Shown: piece after piece, positions 63,801-64,000 of the stretch
Position numbering within the stretch: the stretch's first letter is position 1
Layout: every line of letters starts with the position of its first letter
From: Tubulanus polymorphus
Lineage: Eukaryota > Animalia > Nemertea
Assembly: GCF_964204645.1 (NCBI RefSeq)
Contig: NC_134028.1
Span: 18,111,653 to 18,175,652, forward strand
Length of the DNA stretch: 64,000 nt
Direction of reading: 5' to 3'
Position numbers and translations under genes: made by a program
Notes under the pieces: model-generated
Seen by the model: the letters and a program-made list of their open reading frames with translations, nothing else
What the model was told of the DNA's origin: nothing
Database searches by the model: none

Positions 63801-64000
63801 TGGTGTCAAAGGACCCTCAGATTTGATTTTGCTGCCATCTTTCAACCTGATAGAAAGTTTCACAGGTGAATATTTACACAGTATTTGTTTAGGCGTTATC
63901 AGAAAATTCTTGGCTGAGTGGTGCGAGACCGCAAATGCTGAGTACTATATTGGAAACAAGATTATTCAAATCGATAACCGCCTCCAATGGAGGTCACTCG
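60888..64000 (+). pseudogene. EnSpm/CACTA-type DDE transposase, spliced, frameshifted near 63270-63300, truncated by the window
   Basis: Exons 60888-61032, 61868-62004, 62107-62196, 62644-62706, 62790-end; MYKRFL...PRTTKWR, PLYKGA, CxxC-CxxC, then ISLLWNADGVPIFKSSKFSIWPI..INELPP, LWFG..KP, CDSPARA, YNGFYG, GVKGPS, YLHSICLGV. Confidence 0.9.

Larger units (their letters stand above)
55566..64000. mobile_element. EnSpm/CACTA (CMC) DNA transposon, right end outside the window
   Basis: CCC terminus abruptly interrupting a family F copy; subterminal AAGTGCACTT repeats in palindromic arrangement; divergent accessory gene and transposase. Confidence 0.8.

Overview
AT-rich, repeat-dense animal genomic DNA (invertebrate; frequent TAGGCCTA words are weakly suggestive of an echinoderm), not prokaryotic. 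The window lies inside one large + strand cadherin gene (Cad87A/CDH23-like). Six small GT-AG exons (819 nt, 273 codons) splice in phase, and the introns are filled with nested mobile elements. The main elements are: a degraded Ty3/gypsy retrotransposon with an F-type env gene, a chromo-like integrase tail and an extra membrane module after env (- strand, ~37.1-44.6 kb); a near full-length piggyBac with TTAA TSDs (20617-23238); an EnSpm/CACTA-type transposon running off the right edge, with a spliced transposase and a divergent, multi-exon coiled-coil/BEN-like gene (55566-64000); BEL/Pao, L2/CR1-type and Penelope-like remnants; several small TIR elements; and about six families of Helentron/HINE-like non-autonomous elements, some carrying 31-bp or ~154-bp tandem arrays. 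All calls were made by eye from motifs, splice phases and terminal repeats. No database search was run, and repeat boundaries are approximate to a few bases.
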